NCBI GenBank assembly: GCA_964483535.1
Contig: CAZABZ010000001.1
Coordinates: 8,594 to 72,593, forward strand
Length of the DNA: 64,000 bases
Reading direction: 5' to 3'
From: an uncultured Planctomycetales bacterium
Lineage (GTDB): Bacteria > Omnitrophota > Gorgyraeia > Zapsychrales > Fredricksoniimonadaceae
Part shown: positions 35,501-47,500 of the stretch, one piece after another
Position numbering within the stretch: the stretch's first letter is position 1
Layout of the letters: the number at the start of each line of letters is the position of its first letter
The notes under the pieces: generated by a model
The model's input: only the letters and a program-made list of their open reading frames with translations
The model's database searches: none
Told to the model about the DNA's origin: nothing
Translations under genes and position numbers: made by a program

Positions 35501-38500
35501 GCCTCCAATGTCATTAGAACCAAACAGATGCGTAGCCTGATTATTCTGAGCATATGTCCCGAAAGCAGTCGTGACCGTTTCGGAGAAAGATCCGATTTCC
35601 TTTGCTTTTCGGTAATCGATATAGGTTTGCCTGGTCTTTTCTAAATCTTTGATGGTCCGTTCGATGGCATTTGCTTTTAAGATTACTACGTCTGTCACTT
35701 TGCCTGCGTCATCATATTTAACATAGACCGGCACTTCGATTTTTTGGTCTGTCTGGGCAATGGTGATTATGGACTTCCCAGGAAGAAGATTTAAATTGTC
35801 CATCTCCTGTTCAGTGTACCCATAAGATTGTGACTTCCTCCAACCATCAACAACAATAATGGCTTCAATATTCGGATCCGCATACAAATCTTTGAGTGTT
35901 TGCAGATTTTGAATTTCCCAATCTAAGCTAGGGTTCTTAAACGGCAGAGAAAAATTAATCCTCAAATGCTTGGGTGAGTTGAAAAATAGCGGATTTGACT
36001 GATCGCTCCATTCATTAATAAAGCTGCGGGTATCCAATGAAACTCCGATGAATGGAAGCAACGCTAATACTGGGTTGAGTTTGCCATTGAACATATCCTG
36101 GATTCCTATCTTACTTAAGACTCCATAATTTTGCTTCCAGAAACTGTCTCCTGTTTGGATGCTAAGGTAAGGTAAAGTGTTGCCCTGGATGATCAAGGCC
36201 GCGGTCTGGATCAAATTGACCTGGCTGAGGTCCCAGGAAATAATGGGCTGGGTCAAGACAGTGACTAACCCGCTATACTTCGCTTGATACGATGCCCACC
36301 ACATATAATCCGGATGGGAAGTCCCATTTGCTTCAGTCTTGATATACGGATGAAGAATGTGATCATACTGTATCTGCGGTGCATATAAACCAAGTGTCTG
36401 GCCTATCAAGACGGTAATCTCATCTGAAACACTTAAAAATTTACCGACTAACGCTTCGTGCATACGTGATCTTAAGAAACTATCCACTTCGGCAATCTGT
36501 TGCACTGAGAAGGCGCTGGTGCGGAAGTTATGGCCTTTCTTTGTCCATTCATCAAATTGCTGATGGTTGGTTTGCCTGGTCTTTAACCATTCTTCAAACG
36601 TGATGCTGTTAGATCTGTCGCTTTCGGAGAACAGCACCCATCCGACCAACTCATCTTTACGTTTATCATCAATAGGGCCGGGCAAAGTATCCTTGACGTG
36701 ATGACGTAAATCAAAGATCACGTTGCCCAATGCCTGGACCACTCCGCCGCCTGGTATTCCAAAAGCGCTCATACCCGTGGTTATAAAATCTAAGGCAATA
36801 CCCAACCTGCGGCGGCTCTTTTGCATTTCCAGGGTTTTACCTACTGCATTCTTTTCCTGCTCAGCGGCATATTTGGCGAATTGATTTTGGGCAATCCCTA
36901 CACTGAACTTATTAGGCCCGAATAAATACCGCGGCTTTTGAAGCACTTCTTCATAGGTTTCCGGATAATACTGGTTCAAAAATGGTTTACCGTTTTTGTC
37001 GCCTAATAGCTTTTCTTTGTCCGAAGAAATTTCCGCGAACTGTATCCAAACTCCAGAGACGCTGTTGACATATTCCAATTCACGGCTGTTGCCTTTGTCC
37101 CCTTTAATCGCATAAGTCACGCGCTTAAACGGTACCTGTTTGGGCACCTCAACAATTTCGCCTTCAGCCATGAAGCGCTTAACAGAGCCGATGTTGCCCC
37201 ATTTATCAGGGATAATTTCCGCGGTGGTCAAAAGCCCTGTCTCAGGGATGGCCACGCCTTTAAACAATTGTGCCATTTCCGGTTTTGCCAACTCAGCGAG
37301 CTGCTCATTCCGATCAAACATGCCAAGGACCTTAATCAAGGCCATTTGCATTTTGATGTCATGCTGTGCGGACTTTATCAAATCGTATTGGGCCTGGGCC
37401 GCTTTTTCGCCCGACCACAAAATACCTTCTTGATCATGACCGTAGGCATCTTTGAATTTAACCAACGTCAAAAACGGCCGTCCGGCCAGTTCGTTGTTAT
37501 GAACATCCGCGAGATTAATCGGCGGAAACTTCTTATCATCTTTTATGTCAGCCAAATCAAGAGGTTCTGCGCCTAATGGAATAAATTTGGCGATTAGTTC
37601 TGTGTCTTTTTTATACAAGAAATGATTCATCTGTTTCTCAGTCCTAATCTCAAGTAATGGAGCGTGTAAACTGCCAGGCTCTATAGATCCAACGACAGCC
37701 ATGACTTCAGCCCCGAAATACAATTTCTCCTGGATATTTATAAAATTCTTACGGGCAGTTTCAAGCCACTTGATCTTGATGTCTGTGCCCTTGTAATTAA
37801 TTTTTCCTGTTTTCAGAAACTCTATCAAACTCTCGCGGTTTTTGAATAAACCATCCATGTTCAACCGGCTTAATTCTTTCAATTTCTCATTAAGCAATCC
37901 TTTGTACTCTTTAACCCCGAACAATTTATGGACTAAGGAATCATAAGCGACCATGCTCATCTGTTCTGTCCGGGTTTTGTCACCCATATCAATTGTTTCG
38001 CCGTTCAGAATCTTCACGTAATCTCTGACCCTGTCCGGCGTTTGCTGGAACACTGCTGAACTCAAGAGATCTTGACCTGCTTTGGCCCACTCTCCATTCA
38101 ACATATGCTGGCGCCAGGTATAAAATGTGCTATAGGAACCATTGGTCTGATACGCAAGTTCCACCGCAACCCACTGAGCTCTCCAGGACAATTTACTGAA
38201 TGCTTCCGGACCAAAGAAATCAGCTGCTTTATTAATATACTGTGGCAGTATTTCAACCAATATCTTGTCGGCTTCGTCCTGGGTCGATCCTCGCTTGCTT
38301 TGAATAACATCCTTAGGCAGGAGGTTTAGAACGGTGTTCCATTCAAATCCATAACCGATATCCATTTGTTTGTGGTTTGGATCTACATAGGGCCAAGCTC
38401 TAAAACCTTCATGCTTGCGTATGCTGCTCATTACGGATGGGCCAGCTTCCGGTTGTAACAAGGAGTAAGCTTCGGCTAAAGATTCCTGGATTCGTTGCAA

Positions 38501-41500
38501 ATCCAGATTATTCGTCTGATATTCCAGGGCCTCTTTATCCGCGATGACTTTGTACTCTTTATTGATAATACCGGTTAATACCGCTTCGACCTTTTCTAAT
38601 GCCGTCGTATCATTGCGAGAAACCGTGGGCGACGTGGCAATCTTTTGCAATAGCTTTTCCAAATCACGTATGGCCGCTTCCAACGCTTTGGCTTGTTCAT
38701 CGCCGCGAACGGCTATCGGTACGATAATTGAACCCTCCTCAAAGTATCCTTGCAGCTTATCTAATAGATCCTTCGAAAACTTCTTGTCATGGGCTTGTTG
38801 CAGGTCCTCGAGCTGATACCGTATGTCTAAAAGACCAAGTGACTTGACTTTGTTTAAACCGGCCAAAATATCTTTATTCTGCTCTGCATCCCGGATTGCC
38901 AAATCGAGTTCAATCTTTTCAAATTTCCTAAAGTTCCCCTTTTCATTGCTATTTCCCTGCAAACGCTGCAATTCGCTTTTCACTAATAGAGTATCTATCG
39001 CTAATTGTATTGATTCTTTGACCTTCTGGTCCTCTTGATACCGGGCTAATTCTAATTGATACTCGTAGTAGGCGCTGAGTACGCCAAGGGCACGCTGTTG
39101 AGCGGCGAACGCTGTCTTCTGGTCATTAGGGTCATAACGAACAGTGATCGTTTGACCTTCGATTGCCTTTTGGACCACCTGCTGGGTAGCAAGCCAATCT
39201 GAAAGATGATCGCCGCCAACAACTTGTTGAACAATGCCTTTGAATTGCTCAGCAGGCACATTATTGTCTTCTCTTATCTGCAAAAGCTGTTGGGTGTGGT
39301 AAAGCGCGATTAGCTTCTGCATATCCGCGGAGACGCTCTGTGGACCTACCAACAAGACTGTTGAAGCAACCTGCGCCCTGTTAAACGGTACAAAGTCCCG
39401 TACTTCAATAGCGGCTACCTGCGACTGAATGCTCAGTATGGTCGCCATCACGCTTGTAGCGGCTATTTTCTTGATGCGTCCGGCAATAGGAGTAGCGGCT
39501 TTACTCGAGCGTTCTTTGCTCTGAAGGGCCGTGATTTTCTCCTGATCTTTTTTAATTTCTTCTTGGTCCTTTTTGATCTCTGCTAATCTATGTTCAATAT
39601 TTTGGGCCATTCCCTTCAAATTTGAGGCGCCAAAAATATGCTCAACTGCATTCAAATTGCTCTCTTCCTGCAGGGATACGTATGGATTTAATCCCAGCTC
39701 TTGCGCTCCCTCTTGTAACCCTTGCGCTGTCTTGCTGTTCTTCTCTTTTAGCAAATCGTCGCCGTTCAAATTTTTTCTAATAATTGTTTGAAGTCCTGCC
39801 TCAATCCGTTTTTGCTGATTAGCTTGACTGGCCCTGTACCAATCACCTATGGAAATCCCGCGGACGTCTTTAGACGCGACGAAATAAAACGCCTGCCCGT
39901 TCATCTGGCGCTTCACTAAAGCCGCTATGGTTTCAAGGCCATCCTGGTCCAAATCAACCGCCACGCGCTGAGGAATACTCAAAACAAACCTGTCTAATCT
40001 GGCGGCCTCTCCATTCTCCGTTGTCTTAATACCAATAGCCTTAGCCGCGGAATTTTCCGGTGTGGCTGCGCCTGAAAGATTCAGCATATAAGCCAAACCA
40101 AACTCCGGATGGTAAAGATAATTTTCGCCCTGTCTTGCCAAATGCGCTTTGACCTCATCCACGTTTTGAGCTATCGCGCGATTGGTCCGGTAGAAGGCCG
40201 CCGCTATTTGATCACGTATCAACAGGTCCTTGATTAGAGGGACTATGGACAATTTAGCGGAAAGCGTAAATTTGATATCTTCCGCCTTCCGTGCTGTTGC
40301 CTGGGCTAACTTTTCAATTAATGGTTCCAGCTTGGCCTGGAAGGCTTTTTGCTGGCTGACTCGATCTTCTATCGGTAAAATCAAACTGACCTGATGTTTA
40401 TTCTTTAATTCCACAGACGGCACTTCGCCTTCACGAACATCCGTAATTTCCAGTGCTCCCTGTGCCCCGGCGCTATTGGCTAATCGGGCGCCCAATTGCG
40501 CCTTGAGAATAGCTCCGGCAAGGCCTCGGTCATCCAGCTTTTGCTCCAACTCTGCCAAAGTCGACTGCCGTCCCACCTTGGCCACGCCTGCGCCGCCCGG
40601 CAGAAGCTCTAATTCACCGACAATGCGGGTCTGAGGCTCAATGGCGTCACGGAATTCCTCATAAGAAAGATGCTCGCGTCCCGTCGCGATTTGGGCGTCT
40701 TTAATAGCATCTCGCAACTGAGGATATCTTTTAATGAATCCTTGCGGATTTAAGCTAAACTCATCATCTAAATGTCTCAAATTCAATTCATTGACCGGCA
40801 ATCTTGGCTCTCCAAACAAATTATTGACCGTATTGTCAAGGGTGTTCTGAGGCATAACATGATTAAAGAATTGCCCCATAACACTCATCGCGGAAGGAGG
40901 AACGTCTGCGCCGTAAGCAGGTGACTCCGTGGCATTGATGACCGCATTGATGCCATGACCGACAACAGAATCTTTAAACGGAGAATCTTTCTCGACAAAT
41001 GATGCCCCTGCCGCGGTTAATGTAAAGATTTCCGCGGCAATAATCCACATATGCCAGACCCCGGCCCAAAATTCTGCACCTGTATCCGCCAATAAATTCC
41101 AAATGGATCCAGAAGCGAAAGGCTCTTTCCCAAGTGATTGCCGAATCAACCGCCAGGCAGAAACCGGCAATAATAATGGAGACACCAAAGTTAATCCAAA
41201 CGCCACGATGTCCATGGCCACAAAATAAAGGGCCCCCTTAACAGAAGCGCTTTTAATAGGAGTGCTTTGTTCTTCACGGACGGCTTTCTCCAATATCGTT
41301 CCCAGGGCCGGTCTGCCGTTGGTATCTAATCTTCCGGTCTTGATTAAATCTCTAATCAGAACTTTTATCTCATCTCGATCCTCAATAAATCGCTTATCAC
41401 GCAACAAATCATAAAGTGTATTGGCATAAAAACCAACGTAGCCCATTGCCGCGGCTTTTTGGGCGAGAACCGCATGCTTTCTCGTTAAACTGTCACTTGA

Positions 41501-44500
41501 AATACGACCGCTTAAACGGAAAATCCTGTTTAATTTTAAATTCATAAACAGGACCATAAACCCTAATCTAAGCAATTCACCCCAAGTGAAGGTCAAATGA
41601 ACAGTCCACAATTGGTCCTTAAGCCAATTAAGACCGAATACCGCGCTGTGGGCTTGGTCCGGGAAGAAGTAAATCAAAACAAAGGAACCAGCAATTCGAC
41701 CGATGATCGCCAAAGTCGCCCTGCCAAACAAGAATGTCGCTGTCCCAATACCAACTGGGAAGACCAATTGCAAGACACGGCAAACAATGACCCCTCTGTA
41801 CCAGACTGCATTGAGTTTTCCTTTTTGCTCTAATTCATCCTGGGCATCTTTTGCCTCTTTTTTGATGTTCTCCTCAACAGCCGGGGCTAATTTACCCTTA
41901 ATATAATCATCAACGAATTCACCAAAAGCAATCAATGTCCAGGAAGCCACAAAGAAGAATCCCCAAAATACCGAGGCTAAATACGGTGATAAAAATCCAA
42001 TAATCCCGCCTTTGATAGCAGTGCCTATCATGTACCCATAATTGATATACCCCAGACAAGCTCCCAAAATTGTCGCGCCGATAACAAATATTGTGAACAT
42101 CCTGTTGTTAATTAATGAATTTACGAAACCACTCTTCTGTTGTGACCGGTTTTTGGACAGATCGAATAATTTCGTAAACCAGAATGGTTTAACTTCCTTA
42201 AAGAACGCACGCGATACTCCCAATATCATTGCGCCACCACTCACACCAAGTTGCTTTGCCTTGATTGTAATAAGCGAGAAAATATCTCTCAATCCGCCAA
42301 AGAATCTTGTATTTTTGTCCTTATAAAGACGATAGATATCCTTTGCTAAAACTCCGGAAGCTATCAGGAACAAAACTGATGGCAACAAGACAGTAAGTTC
42401 CTTGTAATTCTTAAGGCCATTCTGGTAAAGCTGAACAAGCGGTGATGTGCTTCCGAGGAACAGGCTAAGGGCCTCAAAGAAAAGTGGAATGCTGAAGATA
42501 AGATGTGTGAAGCTCTTTACTGTTGTAAAAAGTTTCTGCCGTGTTTCCTTTATAGGAATGTACTGCAGATGTTTGTCTTTCTGTGCCTTCCATGTGTATA
42601 AAATGAATCCAACTGGAATAGCAACCATGAGCGCATGGATAATGGTGGCCTGCGAAGGAACGGCAAATTGGATGACTTGACTAATTAAGGTTGGTGATGT
42701 TGAAGCAAAGGACAGGGCTGGCATCCCCAGCAAGAGAGCAAAAACTGTTATAGGTCTGACAGCTAATCTCCAAGCCCCATGTCCCTGAATAAATGCTATA
42801 ACTGGCTTGATAGCAGAATTATGGAAGCCTTGAATTAAAGCTTGAATGCGGGTTGCTATAGAAGGAACACGAATTCCACCGTTCTTTTCTGCCTCGTTTT
42901 GGGCGAGCGAAACAACTGTGGCTGCGGCAGTGCTTGTCAGAACAAACACTTTTTGCGCCTTCGATTCATCGCTTCTTGTCGGAGTCGCGGACGCAGTCCT
43001 AGAACCTTGAAGAAATCTATTGTTATAAGCGTCTACGTCGATACCCAATCGTTGCGCAGTTTCCACACTTCTAGAACCTCGCACATCTTGGGTTCTTATA
43101 CCTTTTATGGTTTCTGCTGCCTTGGGTACACTTCCTACACCTTCTGCACCTCTTGCAGCTCCGCCATATAGGCTAGACACGCTATTTTCACTTCTACGGA
43201 TGCCCTTCCCTAATACTATCCGGAATGCACCCAGCACTTCTTTAACGTACCTTACGGTACGAGAACGGATCTTGCTTGCTTCTACTGTGCCTCTACCTAC
43301 TTCGCTTGTAACACCCGCGTTCACCACGAGGGTGGTATTGCCAACTGCATTGTTGCCAACTTCTGTGCTTCTAACTGCTATGTTGCTTGTACTGCCTACC
43401 TCTACTACCTTTACTTCGCTTACTTCTTGCTTCTTCGCGGACGGAGCTCGCGCTAAGCCGCTTCCTGCATTTTCATCAAAAACGGTACTTCTTGTTGCAA
43501 CTCTAGTACTGCCAACTACTTCACTATTTTCCTCTTTTCCTACCATTAATCTGTATGCTAACCTGAGGAAGGTTAGTACAGATTGAAAAATACCCGGAGA
43601 ATATAACCTTGGGCTAGTTCTTGCTACAAAATCCTCCATATTAGTACCAAAATCGCCTCTATTCCCATCGGATAAGCCCATGTTTCCAGGACTTGTCTCA
43701 TTCAAGAACGTACTCGGTGGCGCACCTCCAGGCCCGAAATTCCCTCCAGACCCGGGCGGAGGCTGATTAGGATTAGTCGGTAAATACGGTAACGGCGGTA
43801 CTTGTTGTGTCTCCTTAGACTTAGGCCAACTCTTATTTGGCATCTCTTCCTTAGGCGCTGGCGTTACCGTAGCTGCTGGCAATTGACTTCTGCCGTTGAT
43901 AAAGGACAAGAAGCGATCAGGATCCTGTATTAGTTTCTTATTTGTATATTCATCGATTTTAGCAAACAAACTTTTTGCATCGGCCCGTATATTTTGTCCC
44001 TCTTTATCAACAACTTGCAATCTCCATGCCTCCGGCATCCCCAAGAAATCAGAAGCTTCAAACTGATTATTACCGGAATTAAGCATCTGGCTTAATTTAT
44101 TTATGACTCCCCACTGTCCTTTAATCTTGTCCGCATTTTGATAGAGAGCACGCAGGTAATTCATTGCCGCTCCTCTGGTCACAAAGGTCTCACAGCGCAA
44201 GAAGAAGTCGACATCCAACGCTGTCTTATCAGGCTTAGACTCATAATTTTTAAGGAAAATCGCAATCATTTCCGGATTATTCATCAAATGCGCTAATTCA
44301 TCTAGAGTCAGGGTCTCAAATCTTCCTTTGGTTTCATTCCTGACAAATTGCAGCCTTTCCTGGGCATCCTTGGCATCCATATCAAGCCATATCCCGGCTA
44401 ATGAAAGATAGCTCAACAACGAATCCTCTGTTCTGCCTTCTTTGGCTTCTTGATTCCTTATTGCCTCCAAATCCTTGACTTGCAGAGCACCTTTAGCGGC

Positions 44501-47500
44501 ATACAGTTTGGTCGATTCAGCCAATTCTTTAACTAATTTCATCCGCGTATCAAATGCATTAAGGAAAGGTGTTTTGCCCAATACGCCCCAGAACAGCTGG
44601 ACAACCTTCGGCTTTTGCGATTGCTCCTGCTCAAATCGTAATAACGCATTGCGCTGCGTGATCATTCTTTTATACAAAGTATCCGCGCCATTTTTAGTGA
44701 GTTTGTCAGACAAATGTTTGTACACCGTATTATTATGATCAACTTTCAACGCATCGGCTATTCTAAGCGGCATCAAATCAGGCATCTGATCATTAGTCAA
44801 CTGAGTCTGAAGTGTTCTTAAATTCTTAAGGAAATCTTGGGGTTCTATTTCCGTATTTATGCTGCCGCCATGCTGGGTCCAGAAATCCACCATAGTAGCC
44901 CAACGTAAAACATCCGTTACATTATTCTCATTGGCCTCGAATAAACGATTGGTTACGTCAAAAGCCAACCGATTAATTTCTTGACGGTCTTCGCTTTCGG
45001 CAGGGGCGTTTTGAGTTAGAACGGCCAACTGTCGACGTAACTCAGCTGAAAGTTTGGCAACCGTCTCCATCTGGCTTAAGAAAATTAACCCGAGCTGGGT
45101 GACGGAGTGGTTGGTAAAATACAAATCATTGTTTAAGAATTGGTCCGCCAGCGATGGTCCTAATCTTTGCTGCAAAGTATCAGCCGTGATTGGGCCATTG
45201 CTGGAAAGGGCTTGGGCTGTGACATTGGCCGCATGAATGGCGTCTTGACCATATACAGGAGCTATGTTGGTTGGCAAAACAGCTTCAGCAAATTTATCAC
45301 GCAAAGTCTCAAAGACCTCTGTGAAATTAACTCTTATCTGTTGAATCTCCTGGGGGAATTCCAAACTCGGCAATTTGCTCTTGCCGTAAGGATTGATTTT
45401 AATCTTGGGCAACTCTTCTCGTTGAAGGTCATGGGCTATATTCAAATAGCGACGCACCTGGTCTTCCAATGCAGGGCTTATGCCGGATGAGAGTAGCCCT
45501 TCGAGCATACTGGTCGTGCCGTTCCAATTCGATTGTGACGCGGCAATAAACCATTCCGGACCACTGACGGTATAATTAAGGAGCATTTCGCGTTCATTGC
45601 TGAATCGTCCTCCCAAAACCTGGGTCAACATTAACTCCAATAATTTTTTATCTCCAGGGGATTTCTCAAACAGGGCCAGCCATTTTTGCAAGGGGCTGAC
45701 TTGGCGTAAATTGTGCAATACATTAAGCACCGCATGGCGTACAGTCCGGTCACGATGGGCCAAAGCATTATATTTGACAATCAAGCCTAACAGAATCTCC
45801 GGCTTAATCGTCTTTGAATCAACTCCTGACAAATTCTGTTGAGCATCCTTTACAAAATCGCGGATATCTTGATACATTTTCCCATCCGGCAGGCGTTTGC
45901 TTAATATATCGACTTGTTCCTGAAGATATCCTCGATAACGCTCAAGGTTTTCTCTATCGTTGTAGAGGTATTTATCTCCCTGCTCGCCATTACGATTATT
46001 ACGGTTTAATGCCTGGATCAATAAGGACTCTTGCCATAAATGGCCGGCAAGTACATGGTTGTCCAAAGCGCCATTGAAAGAGATACCAGTGGAGATAAAC
46101 GGTAAGCCCAATACTATCCAGTTGTTGGGGGCCGCGTTATTTTCCAAATATTCAATTATTTCATTTTGATTTTGATTACTGCCATCGAGAATAAGTACCC
46201 TGATTTGGTCAATCGCTTCTTCTTTTTTCAAGTCATCCACCGTCAAAACAGGAGAATCTCCCCAAAATACGCCGGTTGAGGCTGAGGCCAAAGCGGCTTT
46301 CAATTGATCCGCGAATTGGCGCTGAATATCCGCATACGGAGATTGCACAACCACCGCGCGTTTTCCCGCTTGTTCGACAACTTTATCGACTGCAGCTTTT
46401 AAAGATTCACCTAATGTATCCTTCAAATCAAATAATGTGAGTTTGTCCAATTCGAGTGTGCTGGGTGAAATCTCTTCAAATGGGCCCTGCACAAGACCGG
46501 ATTGCAATATGGCCTCCAAGCCTTGAGCTGTCGCGGTAAAACCAACGACCTCATCATGGCCCAAGACCAATTCCCACAAAGGATTTTCACTCTTGGTTTC
46601 ATTGGTGATTGGCATCTTATCAATGTCAATTTTGTTATCGGGATTACGTTCGTTATATTGCAGGACCTTGCCAAACAAATAGGCAATGTATGAAATATTC
46701 TTTTCGACTTCCACGATGCCTGTCGGACCTACAGGGAAGTATCCTAATTTTCCATTTTTATCCAGAGCTAAATTTAATCTAATCCCGTCGGGTTCAAGCA
46801 TGGACTGAATGGTCGCGGCAAAATGGTTTTTATCGCCTTCATCTGTTATTTTGTATGCGTCATAAACCCCCCAGGAAACCAAGAAATGCCGGCCATCGAC
46901 GGCAATGTTAGGATTGTAATAAACAATGGCCTCGCCGCTGGCCTCTGCTTGACGAAAGACGTCCAGACTGTCCGTGATCTTGTATTTTTGTCCTTTACTT
47001 AAATCCTTAAGCCAGTCGGCCACTTGATTGCGCACGTGGGCCAAATAGGGATCTTGAGTTATATCCGTCGTAGTGGAAACAACGTAATTGTATATCTCGG
47101 CCAGCTTCTGCATCTCATCGACAATGAGCGAGCCGTGTTTAAATGTCACCGCGGCTTTGGCGATTTCAGGTTCTTCAAAAATAATCGGCATGAACCCGCG
47201 GGCATTGTAGGACGAAACCTTGATCTTATTGGGATTTGTCAGCATATTGACAAACTCCTGAATGCGGGCCTCTTTGTCTATTGAAGAAGGACCGGTCGCG
47301 ATATATTCTTTTAATTGATTAGACAATTCATCAAGATTGACAAATTCAAAATCCGGCGGCAATTCCCGGCCCAAAGCGCTAACCATGTCTAGAGCAAATT
47401 CTGCGGATGTCTTTCCAAAAATATGTTTCCCCTGAACAACGCGTCTGACAATGGGTTCGCTGTCAAAAAGCATCAACACATTTTTATTGGATAAAGAACG

